NCBI GenBank assembly: GCA_051362555.1
Contig: CM120645.1
Coordinates: 7,192,001 to 7,256,000 of the forward strand
Direction: 5' to 3'
Length of the DNA stretch: 64,000 bases
Source: Lingula anatina
Taxonomy: Eukaryota > Animalia > Brachiopoda
A program made the translations under genes and the position numbers. The stretch's first letter is position 1. Each line of letters begins with the position of its first letter. Below the pieces are notes generated by a model. That model worked only from the letters and a program-made list of their open reading frames with translations. It ran no database searches and was not told the origin of the DNA. Positions 12,401 to 26,192 of this stretch are shown in pieces.

Positions 12401-15400
12401 TTGGGCAATTATGTTACATTTTTCAGTTAAATTTATAAGTCTAGTGGAGGTAAAGAAAAACTAAAAAATCCAAAATGAAATCAGGAAAAATGTTACATGC
12501 TAGTTCTAGTTTAGGTAGTTCAGCTGCATTGCAATTTTGATTTCTATATTTGATGAAATTTAGCCATTATAAAACTCTTTACTGCATATATCTATTGAAG
12601 GCCTGCATGAATAGTTTTCTTTAATCAGATTACAGTGAAGTGGTCAAAATTGATCAAGTACAATAATATATGTTGTCATATGAACATGTCTTTATCATAT
12701 GGCAAACATAGTTTTATAAAATGCTAGCCTGATGGCGCCTGTTTAAGTTTGATCATATGTGCAAGCCTGCTGCCAACTTGTGCATGCACAAACATCCCTA
12801 AGTAAATAGCAAACATGTTATTGCTAGTTGCCTTGTAGAAACTTGAGGATAAGTGAAGCACCATAGAGTCAACTGCTTATAATTATAGCATAGTGCCAAA
12901 TAACTGTGAAACCTAGGTCTGGTTTTTAGGGGGAAAGAAAAACTTTGGGAAAATCTGTCACAAGCATAAAACAGACTGTTTATCTGCCCTGTTCAATTGT
13001 GTGGCAAGACATAGGTTTGAAAGAGCTAAAACGTTGGTTTAAACCCGCTGTTTGTAAATATTCCATTGTGCCTGTATTTGGAGGACGGATGTTTGAATTG
13101 GCTATAGTCCCGCTGCCTGTTTTTCACACACCTGAAAGGAAGCATTGGGTTAGCTTTGCTCTGTAGTGTATTCATGTAGAAAGGCATTGGGTGTAAGTTG
13201 TGGGTCAGGAGGGAAGGGAAAGACAAGAGAAAAAAATCAATAGCTGATATATTTGCAAAGGTCAGGCCGTGTTTAGTCGGTATCGTAGGAGTGGGACTTT
13301 GTTGTGGCTGACAACAGTGTTGGAAGTTTGGATAAATCAACACGGGAAGAGCTGATTTATCGAGCTGTTAGATTACACTGATATAATTGCATACAGTGGA
13401 TAATGCTGTTTTTGCCATTTTGTGTAGGGGTTGGTTTCTGACTGAAAATTTATTCTTTAACTCTCAGGCTGAAATTTTTAGGCTACTTTCACCCAAGACA
13501 AATTTTGTTGGTGGATTTCTTGATATTTCTTTTATTACAAATTATATACATTAACAATAAAAAATATAAGAAATATTTGTAAAAATTGATAAAAATATTA
13601 ATATTTTTTTTTGTATTTTTATAAAAAAATAACAAATTGTTTACAATTACATGAAAAAAAGAAAAGAAGAAAATGATAAAAGGAAATAGGCATCAGTGTA
13701 TTTATTGACCAAGCACATATAGCTACAACTTTTTTCATGAGATACAGTATGCCATGTAAATTAATGCCAGTATAAAGATTTTATTATGGCTTTGGCTCTC
13801 TTTCACTTTGCCACATGTTAATGTCAGTTCCTTGAGAAGACTGAGAAGACTTTTGACATAACAGACTGCGCAGTCAATGCTTTGTACTTTGTACTGAAAC
13901 ACAAGTAGCGTGTTTTGCATAGAATGATCACGATTTATGCAATCTGAGTGAAGTGCTATTGAAATTACTTAGCTGTTCGTGCGGATATTACAAAGTGAAA
14001 TAGCAGAATGTTATTAAATATACTGAATTCTGCCAAGAGTGTATGTAAAACAATACGTATGATTGCCATTCTTAGTATGGTATGTGAAGTTTTTTTCTAT
14101 AAAGGAAGGCATCCAATTATAGTATTAATTTCATTGGTTTCATTTGCACTATGATATTTTGCTTTATTTCATTCTATCCAGTTATTATATTTGGCTGTCT
14201 CGACATACATGTTGCAAATCTCTGCTTCAGATTAGGCTCAGAATGAGCTCTTCATAAATCCATTTTTTAAGTTAAACCTCAAAGCTGCATGTACATTATT
14301 ATACACCTACTGTTTATGATTATTTTAGTAACAGCACATAATGTGCCGTCATTTTAATAGGCTCAGTTTTAGGGACAGGCATGAAGCCCAGATTGGCCAT
14401 TGTGCAACTGTGCAATTTGTATTGAGACCAGTTAACACATGCTCCATTCACGTGTATACCTTTGTGTACACTATGGCCCTTCCATAGTTGTATGGTACAC
14501 GGTTTGTGTGACTTAAAACCCATTGTTCAAGGGGGTTATGCTTAACAAGGGTTTTAATTCCATTTGCGATTATTGTGGTGGGAAATGTCTCATTATATTA
14601 AAGGTGTATGGTGCTCGTATTAGTTTACAAGGACTCAGATGTTAATAGGATTGATACGTAAACCGTGACTGTTTTATTGTGTTTATTTCATATTATGGGG
14701 TTGCCTGTAAACAAGTGCAGATATAACATTAATCATCGTAGTATTATGTATATCTGATTTATTATTTAGATATAAAGTAGACTATTTTTCCCCTTGCTTA
14801 GACAATCTATGGTTAAGTCATTTTATGTAATTGTTAAGAAGTACAGTGTACTGTGTCATGTTTTGTGAAAATACATCAAAGTAAAGAATTTATCTCAGAA
14901 ACTCTGGCATACACTAAATCATGTCCTGAAATGTCTTTTACTCCTCTCATCAGCCTGTTATCTGTCAAAAACATTTCAGCTATGTCCTTAACAGTAAAGC
15001 TGACAGCCTGATACGTTATCATTGATCTTGACTTTAGATTAATTAATTATGAATAATTGAAAGCACTGAAAATATATATTACATATTCAATATATAACCA
15101 TAGAGTGCAAAATATAATATATACCAGGTGTGATTTTACTGAATTGCTGTCACACAATATATACTATCAAGCAGATTAAAAGTAAGCATCCCACATTTTT
15201 ATTTCTCAAAACTACTTGGCATATTTCTTCTCCATGGATATATATATGATAATATTATGATTAACTTTTGACAGAGTGACTTTGGTATTCACCCATTTGC
15301 ATTCAGTATATAGTCAATTTTAAGGCAGTTATTTTGCAATACAAATTCAAGGCTTTTTATTCCCAATCAAAAAACCTGAAATATCTTTTAACTGGTACTT

Positions 15401-18400
15401 GTAGATCGACAGTTTGCATATTTATTTGGCACATCATATTAGATTGTGCTTGTTGGGAAAAATTGGGTACAGTGATTGTGCTTTTCTCATCCAATGCATT
15501 ATTTCATCTTTCATGGATGTGCACTTTAGTACACATGCACACACACACACACACACACACACACCATAAATGCGTAAGTTCAGCTGATAATGTAATTTTG
15601 GGCGTACATGAAATTTTTATGCTTTTCAGCGAAAAACTGGTGCTTCTGTTTGGTCAGTTAAAACGAGAACTATTCAGTGCCAATTCTATGGAGGAGGTGT
15701 TCAGACTAATGCAAGAACTGAAGACAGCAACTGAGAAAAATATGGCTCTCAAGAAATTCTTTTGGAAGGTGAGTATGCTTATCAGGTTTTCCCTTTCTTC
15801 AGTCTGTTCAATATGATAAACAATTTAGCTATAAGTGAAGAAGATTTCAGTTTTTGGACAATAGGAAAATATTGCAAAAAGAAATGACTCTGATGTATTT
15901 GAATAGATAGACTAAACCTTCATTTTTTGTGTCAGAGATTACATTTTGTTGACTAATAAAGTGCAAAATTGTAGAAAAATGATAATATTTTAAAAATTAC
16001 TTTTAGCACAATTCCAACTCCATTTAAAGTGCAGATTCTTATCTTACAAGGACATATGGATTTTGATAAATTAATAAATAATTTTTGTAGGAATATGTTT
16101 GTGAGAGTAACATCAGACCTTTTTTTACTCCAAAGTTGTTTGTACAGCAGCCAGAAATGTAAAACCCCTTTTTACTGAGATGAATAACAGATACATAAAT
16201 ACAATATCAGATAATGAGATTCTAATCCATTCTTTTTCCTTTCAGTCCCCAGATCTGATAATGAGATTCCAATCCACTCTTTTTCCTTTCAGTCCCCAGA
16301 TCTGATAATGAGATTCTAATCCATTATTTTTTCCTTTCAGTCCTCAGATCTGTTTAACTTCATCGTCCATCAGCTCCAGAAGTACCTTCCCAAGTCTCCG
16401 CACAGTATGCAGGGAGACAAGGCAAGAACACAGAGAGCAGATGAATTTGAGTAAGGAACACCTCAAGAGATAATATTGATCTAACAGATCTTAAAAAAGT
16501 TCATTGGGCTGGTAGATTTACTGTACATGAATTGTTGAATTAATAATTACACAGCCAATTGAGTAGAGCGGAAAATTTGACGATAGGAAAGCATTGTCTG
16601 TGTAATTATTTATTCAACAATTCATTGATCTAACAGTGTTTATGTGTGATTCATATTATGTTTTATAGTTGTGAATTTGACAGGGATCATCATTTTCACA
16701 AGTCTACAAAGCGTAGTCTTTTTGCCAGACACCTCCATATTGTAAACAGAATTGCAGTGAATATGGGGGTCAAGGTCTTGAAAAAACTTTTTATCTGTTT
16801 ATGTATTATTATTTATTTATCTGTTCAATTATTTATTTATTCATCATTATTATTGTTATTATAAATTTTATTTTTGTTGTTCAATGCTGATGTAAATAAA
16901 CACTTCTTTTGCAGACTAGTTGTTCTTCTAGTGGACACATTAGCGCTGATGTTTCGAGAGACAGAGATCTTACCCACCCGGCTGCAGTGTCTTAAGTCAG
17001 GCAAGGGAAAAGCTTCGGTGGACCTGATGACGGTGCTGACCTGCCTGCCTGAGGTGCCACAGAAGTACAAGCCACCGTCCAGTAAAGCCGCCGCCCTGCT
17101 GATGACATCACAGGCAGACCAGTGGAAGTGTCTGGCCGATGCTGAGGTACGGGTGGTGTCTGCATCTTGTGATAGGCTGCAATCAGATCTGATGACCTGC
17201 GGACTAACTGGTCTGCAGATTAAATATGGCTGACCCCACATAAAAGTGATGCTGCTTATCCCCTAATGGTCTCCCCACCTACCACACAATTAAACGGATT
17301 AAATATGAGCTCTGAGATTTAATTGCTATGCTACTGCAGAGCTGCGCATGTGGTAGGCGGGGAGACCATAAGGGGATTAGCAGCATCGATTTAAAGTGGA
17401 TAAACCAAATTTGATCCATGGATCAGTAAGTCTGCAGCTCAACTTGTTCTGAAAGTGCCTTTAGAGTAAAATGGGGTGGTTATATGGGGGTGGGTGGTGG
17501 AGGGGGGTGTACTTAAAGAGCTAATTGAGATCAGGGCCTAGATGGTTAAAGATAAGACCCAAAAACAAAAAGTTGGTCTCAACTTATAGACCAACTACTT
17601 GATCTTTGACTACTTCAGTTCCAAAATTTCAAAATATAAGTCTAGTCTGACGAGTTTTCACTACCTCATCCTGTAAAACTGTAACCCTTCTGATTTCTTT
17701 TATAATCATAAATAAATTTAAATATGATTTTATGTCATTGTTTGTATTTTCCTGTTGTAAAAATGAACTTGTCACTGCAGATTTCTCAGCTGGTGACCGA
17801 ATTCACGGACATGGCTGCTGTAGTGCTGTTTGAACTAATGGTCATTGCAAAAAATGTAAGTATACAGTGAACCACCAGCAATTCATTTTTTCTGGGCTAT
17901 TTTATAGAAGTGTAATATACTGTTTTATAAAATGGATCAATAATTAAAAAAATAATTTTATTCTATGCTAATTTTTAAATGTTGTATAATTTTGCTCTTC
18001 ACATGTACAGTGTACGGATGAAAATTAAATGTATTCATGATATAGACAATACTGGATTGAAGTTATATTTATTTCGTTCTGGGCCTGTTGTGAATGATAA
18101 TTATTATTCATGTATATACCCTAGTATGGCATGCAAGAAGTTCTCACCCTGAGTCTCAGAGCACTGACTCTAACTCCTCTTCTACTCATTACGTCTGTAT
18201 AGTTGTAATTGTCCCATATGTGGGGCTTATCCAATAGACTTTCCTCAATCTGAAACTCGGGGTGATAGGTCTAGGTCATATTTTTACATGCACGTCACCA
18301 TAGCATGCACTATACATATAACTCTCATGTAACCTATATTATTCCTATATAGACACTTTGGATGGACATAGAGGTATAACTACATTGTAGCTCATTATGG

Positions 18401-20831
18401 GTTGAATGTGGATGCATGGGCATGGTTTTTCTCAATCTCTTACTTCAGACTCAAATTACACTATCTGATCTCTTTTTCCAACTCCATTATTTTCATTAAT
18501 TTGTATTTGGGTTGTATTAAATGTCAGCTTGACCCCTTTCAAAGAAAAAAGCTTTTGAATTTATTTATTTATTTATTTTTTGGGGGGGGGGTACGTATTT
18601 GCTGAAAATCATGACTTTGAGATTTGAAAAAGATTTTTATTGATATTATTATAATAATTATAATTATTATTGTCAGAAAAAAATATTCATGTTAAACTTT
18701 GTTTTTGTCAACAGCTGACATTCAGTACCCACCCTAGAAATATCTGGTTCTTCTTTTGATTCTACTAGTGTAATCAGGTTGACAGATTTTTATTTACAAT
18801 CTGTATTTCATCTCCAGTTTTCATAATTTTATGGTTAATTTCTGTGATTTTCATCAATACTTTTTCTTTTCGTATGGTTTACGTATTGGGGCCACATCTT
18901 TTAGCATAACCTAAAATTTACATTTTTAATATCTAAATAATTATGATTGATATTCAAAACATCTTGGTTATTTTATTGTTTTACTAATTAAGAATTCAAA
19001 AAGATATTTTTTACCTAGAAATAAAGTTATTTCTAAATCGTCCTGATGAATTGTGAACGAGACTTGAAACCTAAATCAGACCTTCTGATTTTGAATCAAA
19101 TTAAGACATTTTTTTTGCTTTGATTTCCACTTATTTGACACATCAAATATTGTAAACCATATGATGAAAATTCTTGACCTTCTTTTAAATTATTTGTTAT
19201 TATCTTACTATTATATGTTCTTTTTAGTATTGTGATTTTTCTCAAGTTTGATGATGTAATATGCTAGAATTGAGAATAGCGTGCTTGTGCTTCATGTGCT
19301 TATGTAGATTGACCGAACAATGTACCATCTATGAGAGATTGCATGATTGGTTCCTTGTCAAATAATAGTTGCTTGCTGCCCCCGCTCTGGAAATTAATTT
19401 ATATACTTTTTTCCTAATATTGAATTTTACGTGCATAGTTTTTGCTGCTAATTGCATCATAACACAATATGTAAAATGCTAAGAAATAACAGTTACTTAA
19501 ACAACTCAACATTTCTGTACTGTTTACTAGTCTAAGAGTGTTATGCTTTTCATGATTTTTAACAAAAAAGAACACAGGATATAACTGAAACACTAAGTCC
19601 TGTTTCCTCCCAGAGTTAGAAAAGGGTTTTTAACAAAGATATTTATTTAATATAAAGATATATCATCATCATTAACTGTTACATTGTGTGATAACAGGCC
19701 AACTGGGAAGATAAAGAAGATGCTTTCTTCAACATCAGCTGGATGATGAAAATCCTAGAAAAAATGAGGACCACAGTGAGTCTTTTTATTCATTTATAAT
19801 AATAATTATTATATTTAAGTAGGTTGAGACATAACCTGCGGTCCAGGTTTAAGTGAAACCCCTTTTTCAAAATTTCATTACCTTTAAACAATTTAAGTAA
19901 TTTATCAAATTATATTATATTATATTAAATATGTGGTTTAATAATCTATTTTCTATATTTATTTATCCTAACTATTTTTGAAGGACCCTTTTAAATGAAG
20001 TCAAAATTTCACATTGTTCATTTTGCTACTTCAGTATAATACAGTACTGTAATGGAAGGGGGGGGGGGGATAAGAAAGAGGTATTATTTTGTTCTTTTCA
20101 AGACTACCAGTGTGACAATTCTTTTTGTTCAATATGGAGCTTTTTTCATCAATTTTAGGAAAAGTTTATTGAGAGGGTGACCACCTCCGCACTTCATTAT
20201 ATTGCACCTTCAAAGCGAGTGGAGCTGACACCACAGGAAGCGGTGCTGGTGTTCCAGCAGTTCTATGTGCTGCAAACATTTATCAAATACAACGAACCCA
20301 TTGCCACTTACATCAGAAATAACTACACAGAGGAATTCAAGTGAGTCAAATTCTCTAACATCGCATTTCAAACAGATTGTGCATTGATTTTAAAAAATTT
20401 GTTTTCTTGTATTGAAAAAAGGCTGTGTTACACTCAGATTTCAGCTCTGTCTCATTATAATATTGGCTTATTCTCCAGAGCCCCTAATTTATTATTTTGA
20501 TTCACAATCTGAACAACACTTTCAATTTTTCTTTCATTCCTTCATACTGTTAGTACATCCTTTGGTGAAATATTTTTTTCATTGTCTTGCGTAAAGATAT
20601 TATAAAATATATAGTAAATGTAGCATGGCTCATAGGAAAAAAAAAACAAGCTTAGTCCCTATAGAAATACAACATATTTCTTATCCCCATTCTTGACTTT
20701 GCAGGTATTTTGTCCAAGCACCAGTTATAGCAGAGAAGCTACCCAAACACTACCCCATCACTGAGTGGGCTGTGAGCCTCATAGAACAGGTGACATCACA
20801 TGTCTTAGAAAAGAAGGTCAGATTGCAGTAG
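6419..20831 (+). CDS. C12orf56: C12orf56 (DUF4551) homologue, 11 coding exons, 701 aa
   Basis: Exons 6419-6670, 8507-9189, 10155-10308, 10688-10761, 15630-15768, 16341-16450, 16915-17146, 17781-17855, 19698-19775, 20159-20340 and 20705-20831. All GT-AG with consistent phases (2106 nt). Motifs RAYEACIVV, YLTENPPK, DYPDFLS, ELHIYI, KKFFWK, LMFRETE, QQFYVL and YIRNNYTEEFKYF match the recalled human C12orf56. Confidence 0.9.
15536..15563. repeat. (CA)n microsatellite
   Basis: Direct observation; explains the HTHTH run in ORF 15334-15816. Confidence 0.9.
16211..16352 (+). repeat. Three tandem 47-48-bp copies spanning the intron 5/exon 6 junction of C12orf56
   Basis: Unit ATAATGAGATTCTAATCCATTCTTTTTCCTTTCAG|TCCCCAGATCTG starts at 16211, 16258 and 16305. 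Confidence 0.9.
17197..17437. mobile_element. Diverged inverted-repeat element (old MITE) in C12orf56 intron 7
   Basis: The ~90-bp arm 17197-17286 is the imperfect reverse complement of 17349-17437 (e.g. GATGCTGCTTATCCCCTAATGGTCTCCCCACCTACCACA pairs with TGTGGTAGGCGGGGAGACCATAAGGGGATTAGCAGCATC). Confidence 0.7.
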
Positions 20832-21629
20832 TTGAGATATTCATACAGTCATTTGTAGAAGCCAGATTGTTGTTGTTGAGACTTGAAAGTACAGCCATTT
20901 GATAGAGAAGTCAAACTGCAGTTGTTGAAGCAGTGCATTCCAAAAAAATACACACAGACAGTGTCATCAGGGAAGAACATGGCAGTAATATGGAGTTAGC
21001 CAAACCAAAGAACACAAACAATCTTTTTGTAGAGCATTTAAACTAACTAATGGACACTGCCTGTATTAGCTGAGCCTGAGAATAATTGAGAGAGAACAAT
21101 ATATGGGATCAGAATGGAGTAGTGAGACCAGGCACATTCCACTAAAATGGTGACATAATCGATGTGAAAATGCAACCGTTTCAGTTGAGGTAAGGGGAAT
21201 TATTATTTGAGAGAAGATTTTAAAGAATTTGCTTGTAAATCTGTTCACTGTTAGTAACTATAAGCTATACATTTACGAGTAAATCATGATATAAAATTTA
21301 GTACTGCTATGTGTGCACCAAATAATAAATAAGGGGTTGTGAATGAAATATATACAATATTGAATACTTTATACAAAGCTATGGGTTGGATTTTTCCCAG
21401 ATATATTGAATTCACTCTTCATTTTTTGCTTCATACACAAGAAGTATGTTTACATTGGTTGTGACATTTTTTTTATAAACTCCATATATTTTTTTCAATT
21501 TTCTTCTCTTGGTTGTGCTAGTCATGACTGTGATTCTCAACTATAAAGGAATTATAGACTTAACCCTTAAATGTACCATGCTTACAACATTAGTTTAAGT
21601 TTTACTCTATTTGTTAATATAGCAAAGTT

Positions 21630-22352
21630 TTATTGTACCACCAGCGTAGGCGCTGGCGGTACACATGGTTTTTAGTCCCGACCCGTATGTTCCGCCGGCT
21701 CCGCCGGCTCCTACGGCTCTGCCGCCAAGTCACCATTACCGCTTCTCCTCCTAGACGGTAAGGGCCTCCATACCCATCTCTTGGATTTAGGTCACGTATA
21801 ATCTCAACTCGTTCCACGTAAAATTTGGGCTTTGTCAGTATTGGGGTCTAGGTGTGGCACTCATTGCAATGCACCCTTGTCCAAAAATGGCAAAATTAAA
21901 TGCTAATTATCTCCCCTACGGAAGGAATTATGGGAAAAATTTCTACAGACAGCTTTCCAAAAGTCATATGTGTAGATTTCAAATATGCCCTTGGATTTGA
22001 CCTTTGACCTTTATTTCAAGGTCAAACGGGCCAAAATTTTCAAAAAAACAAAATTTTTGCCGAAAAAAAAATTATTTGCTCTCTTATTCAGACACCACGC
22101 AGACACTGTGACCTTGGAATTGACCTTTGACCTACCTTACGATGAACTTAACTTTGATTGTACCATTTTTAGTTATATATATATTTTTTGCATATTTTGA
22201 AAATTCTTGTTGATTGCATTTTTACAGCTTGTCAAGCACAAGACTGGTGGCTGTGTTCCTTATTTTGTGTATGTGGGGGTCTATACGAATGCGCTTGCTC
22301 CAGCTGGTGGTACAATATTCGGAGCCGGTATCGCCTCTCTGATCCTCTAGTT
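21630..22352 (+). mobile_element. Helentron-associated non-autonomous element (HINE/DINE-1-like), family A, internally deleted copy
   Basis: 5' TT-ATTGTACCACCAGC subterminal IR with a short hairpin and CCG-rich microsatellite. 3' GCTGGTGGTACAATA followed by a stem-loop and CTAG-TT. It is the reverse-complement match of both ends of 39494-42381. Confidence 0.8.
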
Positions 22353-23008
22353 AACATCTGTTTTAGCATCAGACAAATTGTTAATATCAAGTAGGTTCCT
22401 GAGGAAATTCAGTTGTCTGGTAGTGAATCTATTGGAGTTTGATGTTTGATTGTGTTGCAGACAGAATTAGGTTTTTGTATTGCCGATGTTAGTTTCATCT
22501 GACATAAATTGCCATGCTGTCATCACATTGCCATAGTTGTGACATGTTATGATCCTTAGAAATATTGAAAATTGAAACTTCATGGAAATATATCTAATAA
22601 TTAGTAACTGTGTATGACATGATTTAACCACCAAGATGAAAAGCCCTAGTTACTTTTATACACCATGTGGAAATATTCGTTTTTCAGGGTTATTGAGTAT
22701 GTAATGGAGCATACTATCCCTATGATCTTTAAATCCGTCCTGCATTTGATTTCAATTTCATTTAATTTAGATACTAGACCAAATATCCTATAAGGTCAAG
22801 TTACATCCACAAACATATCTTTATTTAGTATTAAGGTTATTATGTTGCTTCAGTTTTGTGCTAAAACTCAAAATAACTTTTTGTGTAGCATTAGTTTCAT
22901 GTATTTTTATATCAATCATTTAATCATTGTTAATTGCTTTTAGATCAATATGTTGATGACCGATGTTGTATTGAAAGACATTGATTTTATCCTTTAACCT
23001 GTAATCTT

Positions 23009-23010
<2 letters not shown>

Positions 23011-23062
<52 letters not shown>
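23011..23062. repeat. (TA)n microsatellite
   Basis: Direct observation. Confidence 0.95.
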
Positions 23063-23065
<3 letters not shown>

Positions 23066-26000
23066 AACATTTACTTTCTTTATCATCAGTGATCATTTAA
23101 TACCTTGTTAAGAGCTTCTTATAGAATTTTTTATTTACTGTTAAGTTAATGGTTGCATTTTTAAAAGCACCTTTTTTACATTGTAAAATACTTTTACCAA
23201 ATACAAATACATGTACCATATGAAAGTATATAATAGAGTAAGCATGGCATTGCCTTGTATTTTTGTTATAGTTTTTTTTTTTTTTCTTGTATTATAATTT
23301 GTTACAGCAAGTTTAAGTTTATATATAATGCTAAAAGGGCTGGTAAAATGGTCAAACACACTTTTATGGGAGTCAACCGAGATAGCCTAAAGTCCAAGCA
23401 CAAAATCAAACGAGATTTTGTGGTATTTGGTAGAGAGTAGGTTTAGATACTACGTTGGGCTAGTGATTGTCAGGTGCTACAATGAACAAAAGGCGATAGA
23501 CTTTACCTACATCATATTAATCTGGATGTTTTTTCAAAATATCTCAAATATCTCAAAATATCTCAGATAATCTGTCGAATTACAGTCTGTTGCACAACAG
23601 TTCAAATTCACCGCGTTTTGGGTGTTGCTTTTGTACTGCTTTCTAAGATGACATTCCCGGTGCATAGTATTTCACCTTTATTACTGAAAAGTGAACCCAA
23701 CTTAGCACAGATTCCAGAATGCTTTCTAGTACCATAGAACATCATGCAGTGTTGTAGCCTTCTTTTAGGCTGTCTTGGATGATCCTCATGTTAACACATT
23801 TTTTCTCGGTATCATATATTTATATAGATATCATATTAAATAAGAATGAATCCATGTGATTCTGTAGTAATTGAATCCAAAGTTTAAATCATCATAGCAA
23901 AAAAACTAACATTGTTACCTACTAGTATCATTTTTAGTATGAATATGGATGCAGTAGTGTCAACTGTGGATGTAAAAAAATTGAGAAAAATCTTTCACAC
24001 TAAAATATTATGAGGACATTACCTTAAGTATAATTTTGTGTATTGAATGTAATACAATTAGTTCTATATATATATATATATATATATACATTATACGGAA
24101 AGTTAACTCAGATCTGTTTGTATGTACTAATGAATACAATTAGTAACCATTATATTATGTGCTTTGCAGTCTAGTCCTGTGAAGAAAAAAAAAGCTACAA
24201 ATGCAGCTGTGATAATGTACATAGCTTATATTGCTGTCTCAATTATTACACCGTGATTGATCTGACCCATCCAATTTGTTGATTTTGTTTGGTGTGACAC
24301 CCTGCTGAACATTAGCTGTGTTTAAAGTGACTCTTCAAGGTTAATTGTGTTAGTTGAGATACTGCAGATTGTGATAGTTGAGATGCTGCAGAACATTTGT
24401 TGCATTACGTGTGACAGACTGCTGAATTTGAATTGGAATGTTCACACAAAGTAAAAGAAACGGTAGAACCAAAAGATAAGTTTCATTTTTTTTTATATTT
24501 AGACAGCAGAGTTGTGTAAAGCATGCTAAAAACTGATGTATTTGATACTGACACATTTTACTGAGATTTAATAGTCAAGTCCGTTATATATGAGTATGTC
24601 CAATTTCTTTATCTAAATTCAGCTTCCTGTAATGGAGTTAATGTACTGATGGTTGTGTTATGATTCAGACAAGCTGAGCTAGCTGAACATGAAGTGTATT
24701 TTTTGTTTAATAAATGTAACCAGATGATATTTAGCCCTGGTTAGTTATCTCATTTGTGAAAGTGTCTGAAATGAACAATGATACAGGAATCCTGGTATAT
24801 GCGAGAAACAGCAAGAGTGGCTACATGTAGGAGATAATACACTAACTCTGGGTTTAGTTTTCTCAACATGTGCTGCAGTACAAGTCTGATGCATCATTTA
24901 TCAGAATATATACGTATATGACTTGATGTTTTTTTTATGAAGGTAGACCCATGTGGTATTCTGCAGTTGATATATTAAACAGATCCCTTAACAGCAAGGT
25001 CAACAGCAATTTTTGGATGTTAGGAATATCAAACTAACATAATGCTCCAGGTCCATGAGTTCAATTAACACTTTGAAAATGCCAGTTTGAGAAAAATTAA
25101 AATTCCACATAAAATTGCAAAAATTCAAGAAATAGAAATTAACATTCAAGATAATTTTTCCAGCTGAATATCAATAGTAAGAATCATTTAACTATAAGTT
25201 ACAAAATAATAAGTTAAGCACAAAATAATTTTTTGGTCAATTTTAATGCAATATAACATAATGCTTAACAGCATAAACATCACCAATATTCTATAATATA
25301 ACAAAAATATTTAGAGAAAATTCAGGAAATGTGACCAACAGTTCTGTAAATAAGAAGACAAAAGGTAAAATGGTTTTCAACAGATCATGTTTTACTTCTC
25401 TGTGTCTGTACATAAAAAGGTCAGTCAAGTCAATGTGATGAATGTTTTAGGCAATAAATTGACTGCTTTCTGTCAGAATAAAAATGGCTACTCTGACCAC
25501 AGTTGTTACACATGTGGATGGCTTCAAAACAGAACAAATGGCAATGGCAGCACAAGTTGGGACTAAACTAAATGGCCTAAAATACATCCAGATTACTGTT
25601 GCCCTTGACTGACTGGAACAGAAAGACTCAGTCACAGCCCAAAAATGTGAGCTGTTTCAGAGAGTGCTCCTCCCAAATGTGTCCTCCATGTTTTAATGCA
25701 ACATTCTTAATAGGACTTATGAGTCTCTACTGAAAAGATTGAGTGTTTTTTATTTTATTTTATTAATTCTAATTATATATATATATATATATAATTAGAA
25801 TAAATAAATAAAAAAAACACTACACATGTATCAACCCCAACTCTGAGTTTCATGGGCATACCCAAAAGTTATGCCTGATCGTCAGGTGTTTATTTGAAAA
25901 TTATTTATAATAAATATATATGTTGACATTATAATGCACCTTCACAAGTGCTTAACATGTAAGTGCTTCTAAAAGCTTTTTCCCCTCTGACCAGTGAAAA

Positions 26001-26192
26001 TTAAAATTGTTTGAGAAACAAGTAATTTTAAAAAAAGCACTTGCCTTACACCAGTCTCCTATAAGTACACACACAAAGAAGGAAAAGGTTACCCTCTGTT
26101 ATTTTACTAACAATTAGACACAATTTGATACAATCCTAGCATGAATTAATTTAAATGAATTAAATATTTAGATATCCCATATCATAATTCAT

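Noticed and set aside
10762-15629. Long C12orf56 intron 4 as host of a nested gene or enhancers
   Set aside because: No coherent exon chain or RNA gene was seen; enhancers cannot be supported without alignments.
18715-18777. Possible cassette exon in C12orf56 intron 8
   Set aside because: It contains an in-frame TGA, has a weak donor, and the protein aligns without it.
25447-25700. Short ORFs duplicated at 35816-36004
   Set aside because: Conservation is explained by the segmental duplication; no recognisable domain, and stops in the plus frames.
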